The notes under the pieces were generated by a model that made no database searches, was not told the origin of the DNA, and saw only the letters and a list, made by a program, of their open reading frames with translations. From NCBI RefSeq assembly GCF_006345805.1, contig NC_043000.1:65410001-65474000 (forward strand): DNA of 64,000 bases. Reading direction: 5' to 3'. The position numbers and the translations under genes were made by a program. Numbering within the stretch: position 1 is the first letter of the stretch; each line of letters begins with the position of its first letter. This document shows positions 25,848 to 39,369 of this stretch, one piece after another. The stretch is from Octopus sinensis (taxonomy: Eukaryota).

Positions 25848-27414
25848 GTGTGTGTGTGTGTGTGTATGTGTGTGGTAGGTCAGCAGGTGATACATGTCAA
25901 CATCACAATCCTCCTTTCATACTCTACAAAAAGGTTGTAGAGTGGCTACAGACACTTATACATACAAATAACACTGTGTAATACAACTTTTATCCCTAAG
26001 TGTCAACTGTTACTTCCTATCTGCTTACCCATAGAAACTATGAAAAATATTTCCTTCAAAGTTTGCTTTTGTTACATTTATTCAAACCCTAAAGAATGTC
26101 TCTCAACACATGGCTATGATGCTCCCCCATTACTCTTGCTCATGAATGACCATGGGATTGCACCTACAAAGTTACCCTCTGAGGCACAAGTCTGGGCAAG
26201 GTTGTTTTTGTGGAAGACCAGCAGCCTCTCCTCTCTATGCCACTGGTGATATCCAAGGGAAAGGCAAAAGTTGATACAGCTTGACTCCAGTGACATTGCA
26301 ACTCATTTCTACAGATGAGTGAACTGGAGCAACAAGCTACTCAAGAAACACAACACACAACCCAGTCTGGGAATCAAACTCACTACCTTATGATTGTGAG
26401 CCCGAAGCTCTAACCAATGAGCTATGCACTTTTGATCAGAGATGCACATATTGTCAGCCACTAAGGAGCATGATCAAATGGTTATGGTCAAGCAACTAAC
26501 AAGCAAATCTGTGGTATTGAGCAGAATATTCGCTATAACAATATTCCTAATTCAGCAACTCAGTGCTGAATCTGTCTGAAATGTAAAGGAAAATAGGTCA
26601 GTTTCAAAACATTGATGTCCAGGTCGCAAAAGCAAAGTTGATTTCAAAATGGAAGCAAATAGGAAATAACACTTACTAACCAAAAACAAAAAAGAAAAGA
26701 AAAATTTTGCAACATAGTATAATCACACATACATTCACACACTGTATAAATAATTATAACGAACAAGTGAGAGATAAACTGTCCTCTTGAAAGATCCTTC
26801 TGCTCTGCTCTTCTCTTGATCTTTCCTCTTCTGATTTTAACTCTATTCTCTAATGATGCATTGCATACTCTAACAGGCACCTAATAGTTTCTGAAATCTT
26901 GAATAGATCTACAACCATGGTTAAAGAGGCTCACTTCCCCTTGAGGCAGATTTGACCTCCACCAGTGGCCAGTTGTTTCAATGAAACTCCATCATTAGAC
27001 AGGTTGTTGACAAGATCTGGGAGTCTATCTGTTCTTTAATGATACTAGATTGTACTCTGCTGATTGCCATAATCTGCTGCTGCTCATATGCTTTCTTTTG
27101 ACTATGGTTTGGTAATATGGGTAGGGTACTTCTATCAGACTGTTGTAAGTATGTATGATAATGGCCTAGTATACACATTATCATGCATAAGCTAGTGTAG
27201 ATTCATTTAAGTTCTGCCTTTTGCATTATTACCCTCCTCACTAAATACTCTCAGTTGGGTTGCCAGTTTAGTCACTGACAGCTCAAGTTTTTATCATTGT
27301 TGTTGTTGCTATTGTTTTTTGTTGATGTTTTTGTTGTTGCTGAGAGATGAAAGAAGGGACTAGAACAGAACAGTTTCCTGTTGTAGAAAAGATACATGGC
27401 TACCTACATAGGAA

Positions 27415-27960
27415 GGTTCTAGCACTCTATGCCACATGATGTCACAAAAACAACACACAATGCCATCCAGGAAAAAGACTGTCCTGGAATAAATATAGAG
27501 AATCCCACTGTTATTGAATATGTACACAAATATCTGCACAAATAATATTGGTGAAACATTCCTATCAAAACATCTGTGAGCATAATAGACCAGATATTGT
27601 TTGAGACAGACAAGAAAAAGTATGTACCATCATTGAGGTCAACTGTCATGTTGATGTGAATATCTCTTTGAAAATCAAAGAGAAAGAAAATAATTATGGA
27701 CAACTGCTTCGAAATCTCCATCTTTTATGTCCAGATAACAAATTTACATTTATACCAATAATAATCGAAGCACTTGGTTTTGTAAGTAAATGCCTAACTG
27801 TCAGTTTGGATAAGCTCGGATTTTCAAAAAAAGAAATCAACCAACTGTTTACAAACACATTACAAATACAATCTGTAAGCAAAACAGTAAAACTATGCAA
27901 GACTTTTCTCAGGTTTAAAATGACCTTGTTTTCATTACATTCAAACGATGGAGCTTTATA
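27415..27960 (+). mobile_element. 3' fragment of an RLE-type non-LTR retrotransposon
   Basis: HNRPDIV..DRQEKVCTIIEV..H.DVNISLKIKEKENNY..FIPIIIEALG (PD..D/E-x-K nuclease pattern). Confidence 0.75.
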
Positions 27961-28039
27961 TCTCTGTTAGAAACCAGCTCCTTCTTCAAAGGAAGAATTT
28001 AAATATTTAAAAACAGATGAGAAACACACACACACACAA

Positions 28040-28139
<100 letters not shown>

Positions 28140-28537
28140 TTGGCTAAAAACCCAATTATAAAAATTACTTGGATATCAGTTAACTTATGAAGATTTACAT
28201 GAAATGATTAGTGTCAATTGTTCTTTACAGTACTTTTGAGGAGATATTTTGTGATTGAATCAATACAGGAACCACTTCATTAAGTATATAAACCATGCAA
28301 AAAGTCAGTAGATAGCATTCATCACCTGAAATTTCTATTGCACAAAAATACAATCCGAATTTGTTACAAGATCAAGGTTAAGGCCCTCATTGTTCATGAA
28401 TATAGTCAGTGGTATATTATGGGTTATTTTGCTATAATCAGTTTGATGCATAATTATAAGACATGAAGTGGAGAAAAGAAAAGAATGATACTAGTTCATG
28501 AATTATAATACATTAATAATAAATATATTTAACTTAC

Positions 28538-28558
28538 CATTACAATCAGATTCTTCTA
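28538..28558 (-). CDS. 21-nt microexon (V)EESDCN, phase 1-1
   Basis: ttcttttgtttcaatctcttgcAG|tagaagaatctgattgtaatg|GTAAGTT. Confidence 0.75.
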
Positions 28559-28730
28559 CTGCAAGAGATTGAAACAAAAGAATATTATTACTCAAATGCA
28601 AAACTTTCCAGTATGTATGTGTGCAAAGGAAGACAGATGTATGTGTATAAATATGTATCTAAATGAGTACGCATTTAAATATATAAGCATTGTATGTATA
28701 CAAGTATGTATGTGTATGAAAATTGTATTA

Positions 28731-28947
28731 TAAGGGGGTGCTGAAAAGTTCCTGGCTTTGGGTAGAAGAAAATACAGGAGGATCAGTTAATTATGATTTT
28801 ATTCAATATATTACCCTCTCAGATTCACATACTTATTGTAGTGGCCCTTCAGTTTTTCTAAGCCCTGTAAAAAAACTTTGAATGTTGGGCCTCCAACCAG
28901 GCCTTTCACAATATCCTTAAAACCAGGAACTTTTCAGCATCCCCTCA
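28731..28947. mobile_element. Mariner-type MITE (217 bp)
   Basis: TIR pair aagggggtgctgaaaagttcctgg / ccaggaacttttcagcatcccctca, TA flanks. Confidence 0.8.
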
Positions 28948-28949
28948 TA

Positions 28950-29660
28950 CAATTACACCTTCCATTTTGAGTGGATTTTTGTAATGACATGCAATATTTC
29001 CATGAATATGCTCACTCTTGAATAGACTCTCAGCTTGTTAGCAACTGTTTGCATGCCAGTATTTCTCTGACACTGGGCCTCCAGATCTGCAACCCTCACA
29101 AATGCCACTGCACATCTGCCATGGATTCTTTCATCTTCTTCCCATTGTCCTGTCATTATAGTTCATGCCATACTGTTCCCAATGAGATCATTATGCATGG
29201 CGTGGACATTGCAAGTTTCCTTTCCCAGCTTAAGCTAGTGGGCTAGACCAAGGGGATGGTAAAAGGCCAAAGGGCATACCAATTTCCTGTTCTCAGTGGT
29301 AGGTTCCTCATCTTGGATGCCACTTTCTCCAGTGGCAACTTGATGCTTTCAGTTAGCAACCCAGGTTTCTTTGCTTGTCAGGTTGAAGGGAGCAAGCTTT
29401 CAAAGAACAGGCCAATTTCCAATAGGTTTGTGGTCAAGCCTGTGGTAGTGGAGAACTTTGGTGTTCTTGGTCCCTATACTACATCCCTGCTCACTGCTAT
29501 CAGGGCAAAGATGGCTATCTGCATGTGTGAGGCTTGTGAGTCTGAATGGCTGTTCCAGTGCTATCCTCATCTATGTCATGAATGTTGGGTAATGCCCAAA
29601 AGAGTACAACTGTTAATACAAGTAGCCAAAATGGAGTTTCTCTGAAGGATCTCTGGGATA
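28950..29660 (+). mobile_element. CRE-like non-LTR element C-terminal fragment
   Basis: LVG.DQGDGKRPKG...GRFLILDAT...KPVVVENFGVLGP. Confidence 0.6.
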
Positions 29661-30346
29661 ATGTTACTAGACAGGGTGCATAACTTGAAGATCAGAGATT
29701 TTCTTCAGGTTGAGTTGCTACTTCTCTGCATTGAAAAGTCACAGCTCTGGTACAACAGACATGTGACTAGAATGTCACAGGAAAGAATTACAAAATGGAT
29801 TATTTTAAGCCAAGCTGGCTGGCAGGAAACCTAGTGGGTAGACCAAGAATGTTGGTCACAACTGGAAATCCAACTGGAGAGTGTAATAACTATTGCTTCT
29901 GATAGAACCTTATGTAGGAAATGCCTGAGGACTCTAATCACACAATCTTACAAGCAAAGATGGTCAGATGGAAGGTTCATGATTAGAGCTACATGAAATA
30001 AATGATTAGCATATGGTGATCATATTAGCATATGAGGAAGCCATTCATAAGCATATAAAGTAATGATTATCTTTTTTGATACATGCAAAGTCTGTAGATA
30101 GCATTCTTCATATGGAAATTTACTGTCATATAATTCACAAGAGGTCAATCAAAGTTTTTAGGCTTGACATTTGACATGTGTCACAAGATCAAGCTTTGAG
30201 TTACATGTTGTTCATGAATATAGCAAGCAGAGAGTTTCAGGGTTGTTTCTTTTAATCAAAAAACAGAAAGTGGAGAGAAAAATTATATAGAATTTTATGG
30301 ATGATTAATATAATAATAATAATAATAATAAATACATTCAACTTAC

Positions 30347-30364
30347 CAGGACAAGATGACTGTG
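30347..30364 (-). CDS. 18-nt microexon (A)QSSCP, phase 1-1
   Basis: Long polypyrimidine tract ending tgcAG|cacagtcatcttgtcctg|GTAAGTT. Confidence 0.75.
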
Positions 30365-31391
30365 CTGCAAAAAAATTAAAAAGAGATTATAATTAACTGA
30401 TTAACTCAAATTCAATAATGTTGTAAGTATGCATGTACAGATACAAAGTGTGTGTGTGTGTCTCTCTCTCTCTCTCTCTTTCTCTCTTTCTCTCTCTCTC
30501 AGATTATTTTGTCAAATGTAATGATTATCAGTTCATATTGTTTGGGATTATTTATTTTTAGAATATTGTAGGATATGTGAAGGCCAGATCTGGCCAGTTT
30601 GAACATAAAACAAGAAAAATATTTGGACCAGTTATAGCCAGTTTAGATGCTAAAGGGATCAAGATTAATCAGCCGAAATTGCGAGGATGATCCAGTTCGT
30701 GACTGAAGATTGAAGGCTTTGAATGTCCCGTCCGTGTTTTTTGTATCGTCTTCTAAATGTTTTGCGTTCTTGTCCCAGTTTGTATTTTTTTACATATACA
30801 TATATATATATATATATGCTGAAGGAATATATATATATATGCTGAAGGGATATATATATATATATATATGAACGGAAACAGTTGCATCAAGAGATGAGGT
30901 GCCGATCTCTAATTGTAGAGGGAACATGTGGAAGGGGTAGACCTAGGAAGATGTGGTGAGAAAAGATCTACAGATGTTGGGACTCAGAGGGGATGACAGG
31001 GGACTGAGACTCTTGATGGTTTGCTGTGTTCTTTAAAAACACACCAATCTAAGTAAAAACATGGTTGTCCTTGCATACAGGCTCATTCCCTGCAACCCTT
31101 TCCAGCTGAGCATCCCTGATATAACAGTCTTGTAGGTGCTGATGCCACATAAAAAGCATCCATGCTGATGCTGTTTAAAAGCACCCAGTACACTCTGTAA
31201 AGTGGTTAGTGTTAGGAAAGGCATCCAGTCATAGAAACCATGCCAAAACAGACATGGAGCCCAAACAGACCTTCAACTGGTCAGCTCCTGCCAAACCGTC
31301 CAACTCATGCCAGCATGGAAAATGGACGTTAAGTGATGATGATGATGATGATGATGATGGTCGTCGTCGTCGTCGTCATCATATATGTATG

Positions 31392-32520
31392 CACAGGGAG
31401 AGCTAGATGTTTGAGAACAAAAATGTTTAAGAACCATAAGTCGCCCAAGCTTTAACTAAATGTCCTCTCTTTTTGCAGCCCCAACATGGAAGAATTGGAT
31501 TTAACCCAGAGGATGAAAGGCGTGTTATTCTTGTAGTATTAGCCATCAACCACAGTAATTTTGAGACTACAGCCTTCTTAAATGTTGTTGGGTCTTTCAT
31601 GTTTAAGATCAGAACAGAGCTCCTGACCTTTGGTAGGCATATGTCTTCTGTGGCCAAAATAAAAGACAAAAAATAAATATTCTTAGTAGCCAGACATTGT
31701 CAGAAAAGTCAAGTTTGTCCAGCAAATCTGGGCATCATGAACAAGACTCATGGCAAGTCAATGAAGGCCATTGCTAATTATCCCCATGTGTCAGAGTCAA
31801 CAATTAGACATATGGTGTATGAAGATGTCAGGTACAAATCCTATGTTTTCAGAAGAGGGGAGTTCATGTCCGAAAAGACCTGGGAGAACTGAGTGATCGA
31901 ATCAAAGTGCTTGCTGAACAAACCGAAGCTCCCCAAGGAGCCTGACATGTGCTGGGGTTTTTTTTCAGATGAGAAGAATTTTGTCCAAGATCAAACAGTG
32001 AACAGGAGAAATGACAGATGACTCTGGACCAGCCTCACTGAAATCTCCACTGTTATGCATACCAAGTTTTCATTGTCTGTGATGGTCTTGATGGTTGTGA
32101 GCAATAAGGGCCATATCATGCTTCTTCACTGCTTAGGGTCAGTGTGAGATGGCTGTCAATGCAGATGATTGTCAAGTCCTGGATCGAGACAGTTGGTCAG
32201 GGAAGGCCATATATGTTCCAGCAAGACTCTGCTCTCTCTCACACAGCCTGCATGGCCCAGGAGTAAATGGCCAAAGGAATTGATAATCATCTTACTCCTA
32301 ACATTTGGCCTTCTAGCTCTTCTGATTTAAACTCCCAAGACTACTATGTCTAGGTCATTGATGAGTGGTGGAAACCACTAAACATGCCTGCTATTGGGAT
32401 CATTATGACTAACATGAATAAAGATCACCCAATCAACACATTTAGTCATTTCAGAAGTTGTATCGAGGCAGTAATCAAGGTTGATGGCAGTTATATTGAA
32501 CAGCTTTATGCTACATGTAT
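31392..32520 (+). mobile_element. Tc1/mariner-superfamily (maT, DD37D-like) transposase remnant
   Basis: FFSDEKNF..DQ.VNRRNDRW, VMVL.VVS, FQQDSA.SHTA, WPSSS.DLN..DY. Confidence 0.8.
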
Positions 32521-33703
32521 GTAAGAATAAGTATACCAAATTCTCTAAAGATATATTGGTTCTACTAATAAATAGTTTTGTTTTTCTTTAATTAAAATGT
32601 TGTTCTTAAATATCTGATGCATGCATATGTATATGTATGTATATGTATGTATATGTATATATGTATGTATGCATGCATGTATGTATGTATGTAGAGAGAG
32701 GGAGAGAGAGAATGAGAGAGAAAGAGATTTATATGGGTGCATAGATGTATGTACATTTATGTATAAATATATGTACTTAAGTGTGTGTGTGTGTGTGTGT
32801 ATTTGAAGTATTTGACAGCTTGTAGTGTGCACATTTTTTTAAAATGTCCCAGATAAACCAGCCTGCATCTTATAAACAGAAAGTCAGCATTTGGATTTCT
32901 GGCAAACTGTAGTGCAGGTGATGAAAAGCCCTGTAAAATGAACAGGAAACATCTCTCTCACAATACTTCTGTGCAGCTTTATTAATAGGTATTTTCTAAG
33001 GTAACAGTGATCATTAGCACTTATTTCATATTTTAAAAAAATGATAGTTGTTGTTAGGACATCACTTGACCATACATATAAACAAACTAGTGGCCTGTTG
33101 CATACCATACTTTACATCTCGCACCAGTTCTACTGTGTTTCCATAGTCTGAATCAGCAAGTTTAGATGACGACAATGACAACAACGACGACGACCACCAC
33201 CACCATCATCATCGTCCTTTAATGTCCGTTTTCCATGCTGGCATGGTTTGACCAAAGCTGGCAAGCTGAGGAGCTGCACCAGATTTGGCTTGGTTTCTAT
33301 GTCTGGATACCCTTCCTAACACCAATCACTTTACAGTGTGTGTTAGGTACTTTTAATATGCCACTGGCATGAGTGCTCTCATGTGGCACTGGCTCAAGTG
33401 CTTTTTACATGGCACCAGCACAGGACTCTTGCAGGCAAGTCCTCTTCACCAGGAGATGCAACCTTATCACTTCTGCTGTAGAAGACAGGCCTTCTTGAGT
33501 ACAACAAGGCACCAGGTATCTCAGTCCTTTATCACAACATTTAGTGCAGTGTTTGTTTAACTGATAGAAACAATCTACTTTTGGTAAGACAAACCGTCTT
33601 CATAAAACAGTTTAATTTACAGTACAATAATTGTTCAATTGAAAGAACACAGACAATTTATTCTTGATTGAACAGACAGTCAAGTTTAAAATTTTCAGAT
33701 TAC

Positions 33704-33718
33704 CTTTACCAGAATATA
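33704..33718 (-). CDS. 15-nt microexon (V)YSGK, phase 1-1
   Basis: ttttctctctctaactccAG|tatattctggtaaag|GTaatc; keeps frame. Confidence 0.68.
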
Positions 33719-33965
33719 CTGGAGTTAGAGAGAGAAAACATAGCTACATAATTCCTTATAGGTTACTAAGCAGTGAACTATGAACCAAAATGTTTTAATT
33801 TACAAGATTGTAAATTATGTCGAATAACAGTATCTTTTATCTCTTACATGTTTCAGTCATTGGACTGAGGCCATGCTGGGGCATTGTTTTGAAGAGTATT
33901 GACTAATGACTCAAATTATTTATTCTTTGTTGAACAGACATTCAAATTTAAAATTTTCAGATTAT

Positions 33966-33980
33966 CATCACCCAAATATA
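33966..33980 (-). pseudogene. Duplicate 15-nt pseudo-microexon (YLGD) with AA acceptor and AT donor
   Basis: Second copy of a direct duplication (262-bp offset): ctccAA|tatatttgggtgatg|ATaatctgaaaatt versus the live copy ctccAG|tatattctggtaaag|GTaatctgaaaatt. Confidence 0.75.
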
Positions 33981-35600
33981 TTGGAGTTAGAGAGAAAACA
34001 TAGCTACTTAATTGTTTATAAGTTACTAAGCAGTGAACTATGAACCAGATGTTTTAATTTACAAGATTTTAAACTATGTCAAATAGCAGTTCTTTGGTGG
34101 AAGCATTGTCCAGACACTTAGTAGAAAAGCTAGAATCTCTCATTTTTATCATTTCTTAGCAAGAGATTTTCCTTCAGATTATGTATGTGTTTCTGCTTAT
34201 GGATCATCAGCTATTTTCTCAAAGCATTTTTGAATTTCAGAGCATCGTTGCTACAATGCTTACAAAGGAAGCATATAAAGACAGCTTTGTGTCTGACAGC
34301 TGTTTAAGTACAGACACAGGTTCGCCTAATTTTCCTCAGAAGCAATCTCCAGAAACTGGTCAAACTGAACCGATAATTTAAATGTCATTTAGAAAATTAC
34401 AGTTTGGAGGTGAGTTTACCAACAAAGTGGTAATCGGTAATCAACATTTTGCTAAAAATTCATTATTCGCTATAATTATTTTCATGACAAGTTTTTGCAT
34501 GCACACAGTGAATATTCTCTTGTTTTACTGCTAAACCATGAACTATTCTTGTAAATTTAGAATATATTGCAGCTGATAGCAGCTTTGCAATGCTCAAAAT
34601 TGTCCACACATTCTATCTGTGAGTTCATACTTTCTTTCCAATTATAACCAGCATAAAAATGAGACCTGGTCCTAATCCTGATCTTGGTTCTCTTCATTAG
34701 AAAATAGTTTACAAATGAAGCAGAAAACTCAATTTGTACATTTCTTTTGTTCTCTTTTCTTTGCTTTGAGAGTTCCTTATTTGTTATAATAGGCCATTTT
34801 TTGTTCAGTTCTGTCAATAGCTAATGTCATGCTGTCTCTGACATTTGCTACCAAAATATGTTGCTCTAAGATCACTTTTTTCCGACCAAACAGTATGCTA
34901 TGCTAGTTGAAATTTTTCAATGGCAGTGAAAAATATATGTATTTTTATGCTATAACGCATTACTCTAATGATAATTAAACCATATCGCATATTGGTTGTA
35001 TATACAAAGTCTAAGGCCCAGAAAATACCAATCCGCAATTGCATTCACACTAGGGTATCTAAGACTAAATTATTCCATGTCATTATTTAAAGAAGCTCCC
35101 AGAACATGCTATAAAATGGTTGGCATTAGGAAAGGCATCTAGTTATAAGAGCTATGCCAAAGCTGACAATGGAGCTTGACATAGTCCTGTAGCTTACTGG
35201 ATCCTGTTAAAGCATTCAACCCATGCCAGCATGGAAAATGGATGAAGATGATGATGATGATGGAACATTTAGCTGCTATTTCAAGCAAGTTTCATGACTG
35301 CATGCTGTTCCCACTCTAGCTGTTCTTTTGAGTGAACAACTGAAACAATCATTCATCAAAACAGATTGCAAGTCCCAGCTACTTGACTCTACTAGAAGAC
35401 AAAACAAAATATGAGACTAACAATCTGACTAATTAATTACATTTTTATAATAACTCCTATCTGAAATACAGTCACATTACTGTATAAATGTACAGATGGA
35501 AAACTTATTTTCCACTGAGGTTGCAAATTATCCATGGATTAGAACTGACATTAATGTACAGTGCAAAAACAATGTAGTTAATATTTAATCATGAACTTAC

Positions 35601-35676
35601 CTGTTGCAGCCAGTGACATATCCATGAAAATAACAACAAAAAAAAGAGTAATCCAAGTGTTTTTTGCTGGATTCAT
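35601..35676 (-). CDS. Coding exon 1: signal peptide MNPAKNTWITLFFVVIFMDMSLAAT (exon begins at acceptor, 35692)
   Basis: Acceptor cttatttttcttag|, ATG at 35676, hydrophobic core WITLFFVVIFM, S-L-A-like cleavage site, donor CAG|GTAAGTT, ends phase 1. Confidence 0.82.
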
Positions 35677-36269
35677 CTTTTGGTATATAAACCTAAGAAA
35701 AATAAGGTCCATTTATTGAAGAAGTAGAAGCAGTATAACAAGGAATGGAAAGAGTAGGGACTAAAAGAGGAGTAGAAGGTAAGATAAAGGAGCTGCAGGA
35801 AAGAAATGTTAAAGAAATGTAGAAAAATATATAATGAAGAAATATGATTGAAACAATAGGTGTGAAAATGGAACAGGCTAATGACAAATATAAGAAGAAA
35901 AGTGAGCAGAAAATTAAATTGGAATGAATCTAGAGCAGGTAAAATGTCAGCATAGTAATAAAAGTAGAGAAGTAAATGAAATAAAAGAATGAAACACTAC
36001 AGGAGGACTGAACTCTTTTTGGAGCAGTCACTGTTTAATTAATATTAGCTTCTGTGCTAACATTTTCTTATTCTTGCTATGTGGCTTAACCATAAGTGAT
36101 TTCGAAATTGAAGTAGTCACTCCTACCTAACTTCATCAGGTTTAAGTATTAAGTTAGTGTTTTCCTCTCTACACCGATTAATTCATGAGTATGATGATTT
36201 TCAACAGAAAGAACCAAATATTTAGATTTTATTCATTTCATTGACTACAAAGGGCAAAGCTTAGAATTT

Positions 36270-39200
36270 ATGAAGCGAATTGTAGAAATTGAGAATTTAG
36301 AAGCTGAAGCAATCACTTGTTTTGAAATTTCATCAGAAAGGAAGAAAGGTGATAAATGCAAAGACCAACTTCAAGGTTTGTTTAAGGACAATTCTTTTGC
36401 ATTAAGCATTACCAGTATCAGCCTGCACAGTGGAGAGCTCCAACATTATGATGAGAAGACTAAAATCTGGTTAAAATCAACCATTTCAAAAGACACTACT
36501 GCAGTCACCAGAGCATCTCAGACAGCTCAACAAGCAGAACTCCAGTGTCCTCACAAATCTGCCTCTACTTCAAACAGCCGTGCTTTAGAGACTGTTGAAC
36601 AAAGGGCCACAAGGCTTGGGGCTGACACTCAATGTAAAATGCGTTCTCATGTCTTTGTGAGGGTTTTTCCTGTAGCTGGTCTAACAAAGCCTTTTATTAC
36701 AGCCCCCATGAGGACAATGTATCACACCCACATATCATCATTGGCAACATGTCTACAGTTTGCATCCATTGTAATGTAATGAGGTGGTCAGCAAAATCTA
36801 CCGGTATATGGTGCTCCAGAGGAACGATTAGCTTGCCTCATTTACAATTCAGTGCCGAACCTTTGAAGTCCCTGCTGCTCAGAGACCATCCAGATTCTAA
36901 ACACTTTCTTCGGAATATAAAGGCCTACAATTCCACTTTCCAAATGACAAGGTCTGGTCATACACCAATAAGAGATGGAAATTATATGTCCACCTTCAAA
37001 GTGCAAGGCCAAATTTACCACCTAATTGGCTCCTATATTCCACAAGATGGCAATGAATACAGCTTTCTCCAGATTTACTTTGTGAGGAATGGACCTGATG
37101 AAATTGCACGAAGTGCTTCCGTTGCTACAGGAACAAGACATCTCTTCTGCAGCCCCTTCAATATATGCTTCATACCATAAACCCCTACATAACCATTTTC
37201 AAAATTGCTCTTCAGGGTAGAGATGCTAACACAAATCAGTTTAAAGTTGTCATTCAAGGTGACCATGCTCCACCAGGACAACATCAGGGTTGCTTTAACA
37301 AACCCCAAACTGACGAAGTTGCGGTGCTTATAACAAGTCTCAATGAGTGTGCTTCAAACCATGATATTGTTCTTGAATGGCAAGAATCACACCTTCAAAG
37401 AATAAATGAACCTCATCCTGCACATGATGCCCTCCAATATCCATTACTGCTCCCTTATGGTGATGATAGCCACCGCATTGATTTGCCAAAGTTTAATCTG
37501 AAAATGTTAATGCATCTTCAATCATGGAAAACCATTTCACAAATGGAATTTTATGCATTTCGGCTTGTGGTTCGCAACAATGACATCAACATTCTTCATA
37601 GAACATGGATGCTCCTCAATCAATTACTGTGTAGACGTATTTGCTAAGGTAGATATCTATTATTTTATGATTTCTTTCAGAAACTTTCCTCAGCCAGGTC
37701 ACTAACTATTTACCCCACACATTTTTCCCCTTTCCAGATTGACACCGAACACCTCCAATGGATAAGACAAAATCAAAAGGAATTGCGTACAGAAGAATAT
37801 GGCAATCTTTGTGACGAAGTGAACCGAAATGATCAGGTTGTTACTTCGAATATTGGACGTTCTGTCATTCTCCCATCATCATACACTACAGGCCCCCAGT
37901 ACATGCATGAAAATGCAGGATGCTTTTACTTATGTCTGCCATTGTGGCCGTCCAGATTTTTTCATTACCTTCTCTTGTAATCCAAAATGGGTTGACATCC
38001 AGTCTCACTTACTTCATAGCCAAAATCCCCCAGAAAGGCACACCAGCTGATGAATTAAATGCTTGCCTTAAAAATTCTCATCTTTGGCGCTCTGTCCAGT
38101 CGAGAAAGTTAACTATAAACATGCGTCCCATTCTTCACCAACAAGGCGATGATAATTCCTTTGCTTCAAAGTTATTGGATGTCGGTAATGGGAGCTTACC
38201 ACTCGACGTAAACGGTTTGGCTGACATAAGTACCATCTGTAACTACGTCTCAAGCCCTGAGGAGCTATGCACAAACGTTTACCCCAACCTCTCTAACAAT
38301 CATGGATGGATGTGTGAAACAGCCATCGTAGCTCCAACAAATGCCACCGGCCAAGCCCTAAACACATGTCTGCTTCGTCAACTTCCTACCCACAAGCGAT
38401 GCTATGCTTCGGTTGATTTAGTTAGTGATCCAACACAAGTAACGTTTTTCCCAACAGATTTTAAACTCACAAGAACCATCGGGATTGCCACCGCATAAAC
38501 TTAGCCTTAAACTTGGTTGTCCTATTATGCGCTTGAGGAATTTGGAGCCTCCTCGGCTTTGCATTGGTACATATTTGGCTGTTAAGCAAATGTTGGATAA
38601 CATTCTCGAAGCCACAGTCATCACAAGAAAAGTCACTGGCGAGTCTGCTTTTATTTCCTGAGTTCCATTTATTCCGACGGACTGTCCCTTTGCGATGAAA
38701 AAGTCCAATTGCCCATTCGATTATGCTTTGCTATGACCATTAACCAAGGTCAGCCAGTAAAAGTGGTTGGACTCGACCTCAGTACACCATGCTTTTCACA
38801 TGGACAGCTGTATGTGGGGTGTTCCAGAGTTGGAAATTCGGCCAATCTCTTCTACTACGCTCCCGAAAGATTGACAAAAAACGTGGTTCACAAGGCAGCC
38901 CTCCAATAGTTCTTCCATTGAGTTGAAATCCCCTCCAGGTTGGCCTTTATTTACTCCTCGCGATAGGTTATGTTAATCTTCTAACAAATGCCCGTTAAGT
39001 CAAGCATATTCCCATTTCAATGCACAGCTTCCCAGATGCCTCTGATAATTTCATATTGCATTTAAACATATTTCTTACAGATTGACTTCATCTCCATAGA
39101 AATGTCGTGTATGCTTTTTGTACCGATTCTTCAGCCATCTGGTCAATTAAATGGCATTCCGAACGATAATTTTCCATATTTTCACATTTTAATACCCGAT

Positions 39201-39369
39201 ATCACCAAATAAAAAATGTTCCTTTTGAATACCACTTATTTTTGATTTAACGTCTCAACTATGTCAAATAATCCTCAATTTTAAGCATAGACAGAAGCGG
39301 AATTACATTATTTTTGACTCAAGTTCTCTCACCAACTTACACCGTCCAATGGACGGGGGTGTTTGCTAA
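36270..39369 (+). mobile_element. Helitron, degenerate and internally deleted (Rep/Pif1 helicase)
   Basis: FKVQGQIYHLIGS, DALQYPLL, ILPSSYTTGPQYM, PDFFITFSCNPKW, helicase FAMTIN..Q..GLDL..FSHGQLYVGCSRV; 3' hairpin CCGTCC-aat-GGACGG (39342-39356), then CTAA|T; 5' end approximate. Confidence 0.92.

Noticed and set aside
30690-30740. Hammerhead ribozyme (CUGAAGA core) in a Penelope-like tail
   Set aside because: No pairable stem II or GAAA in the right place.
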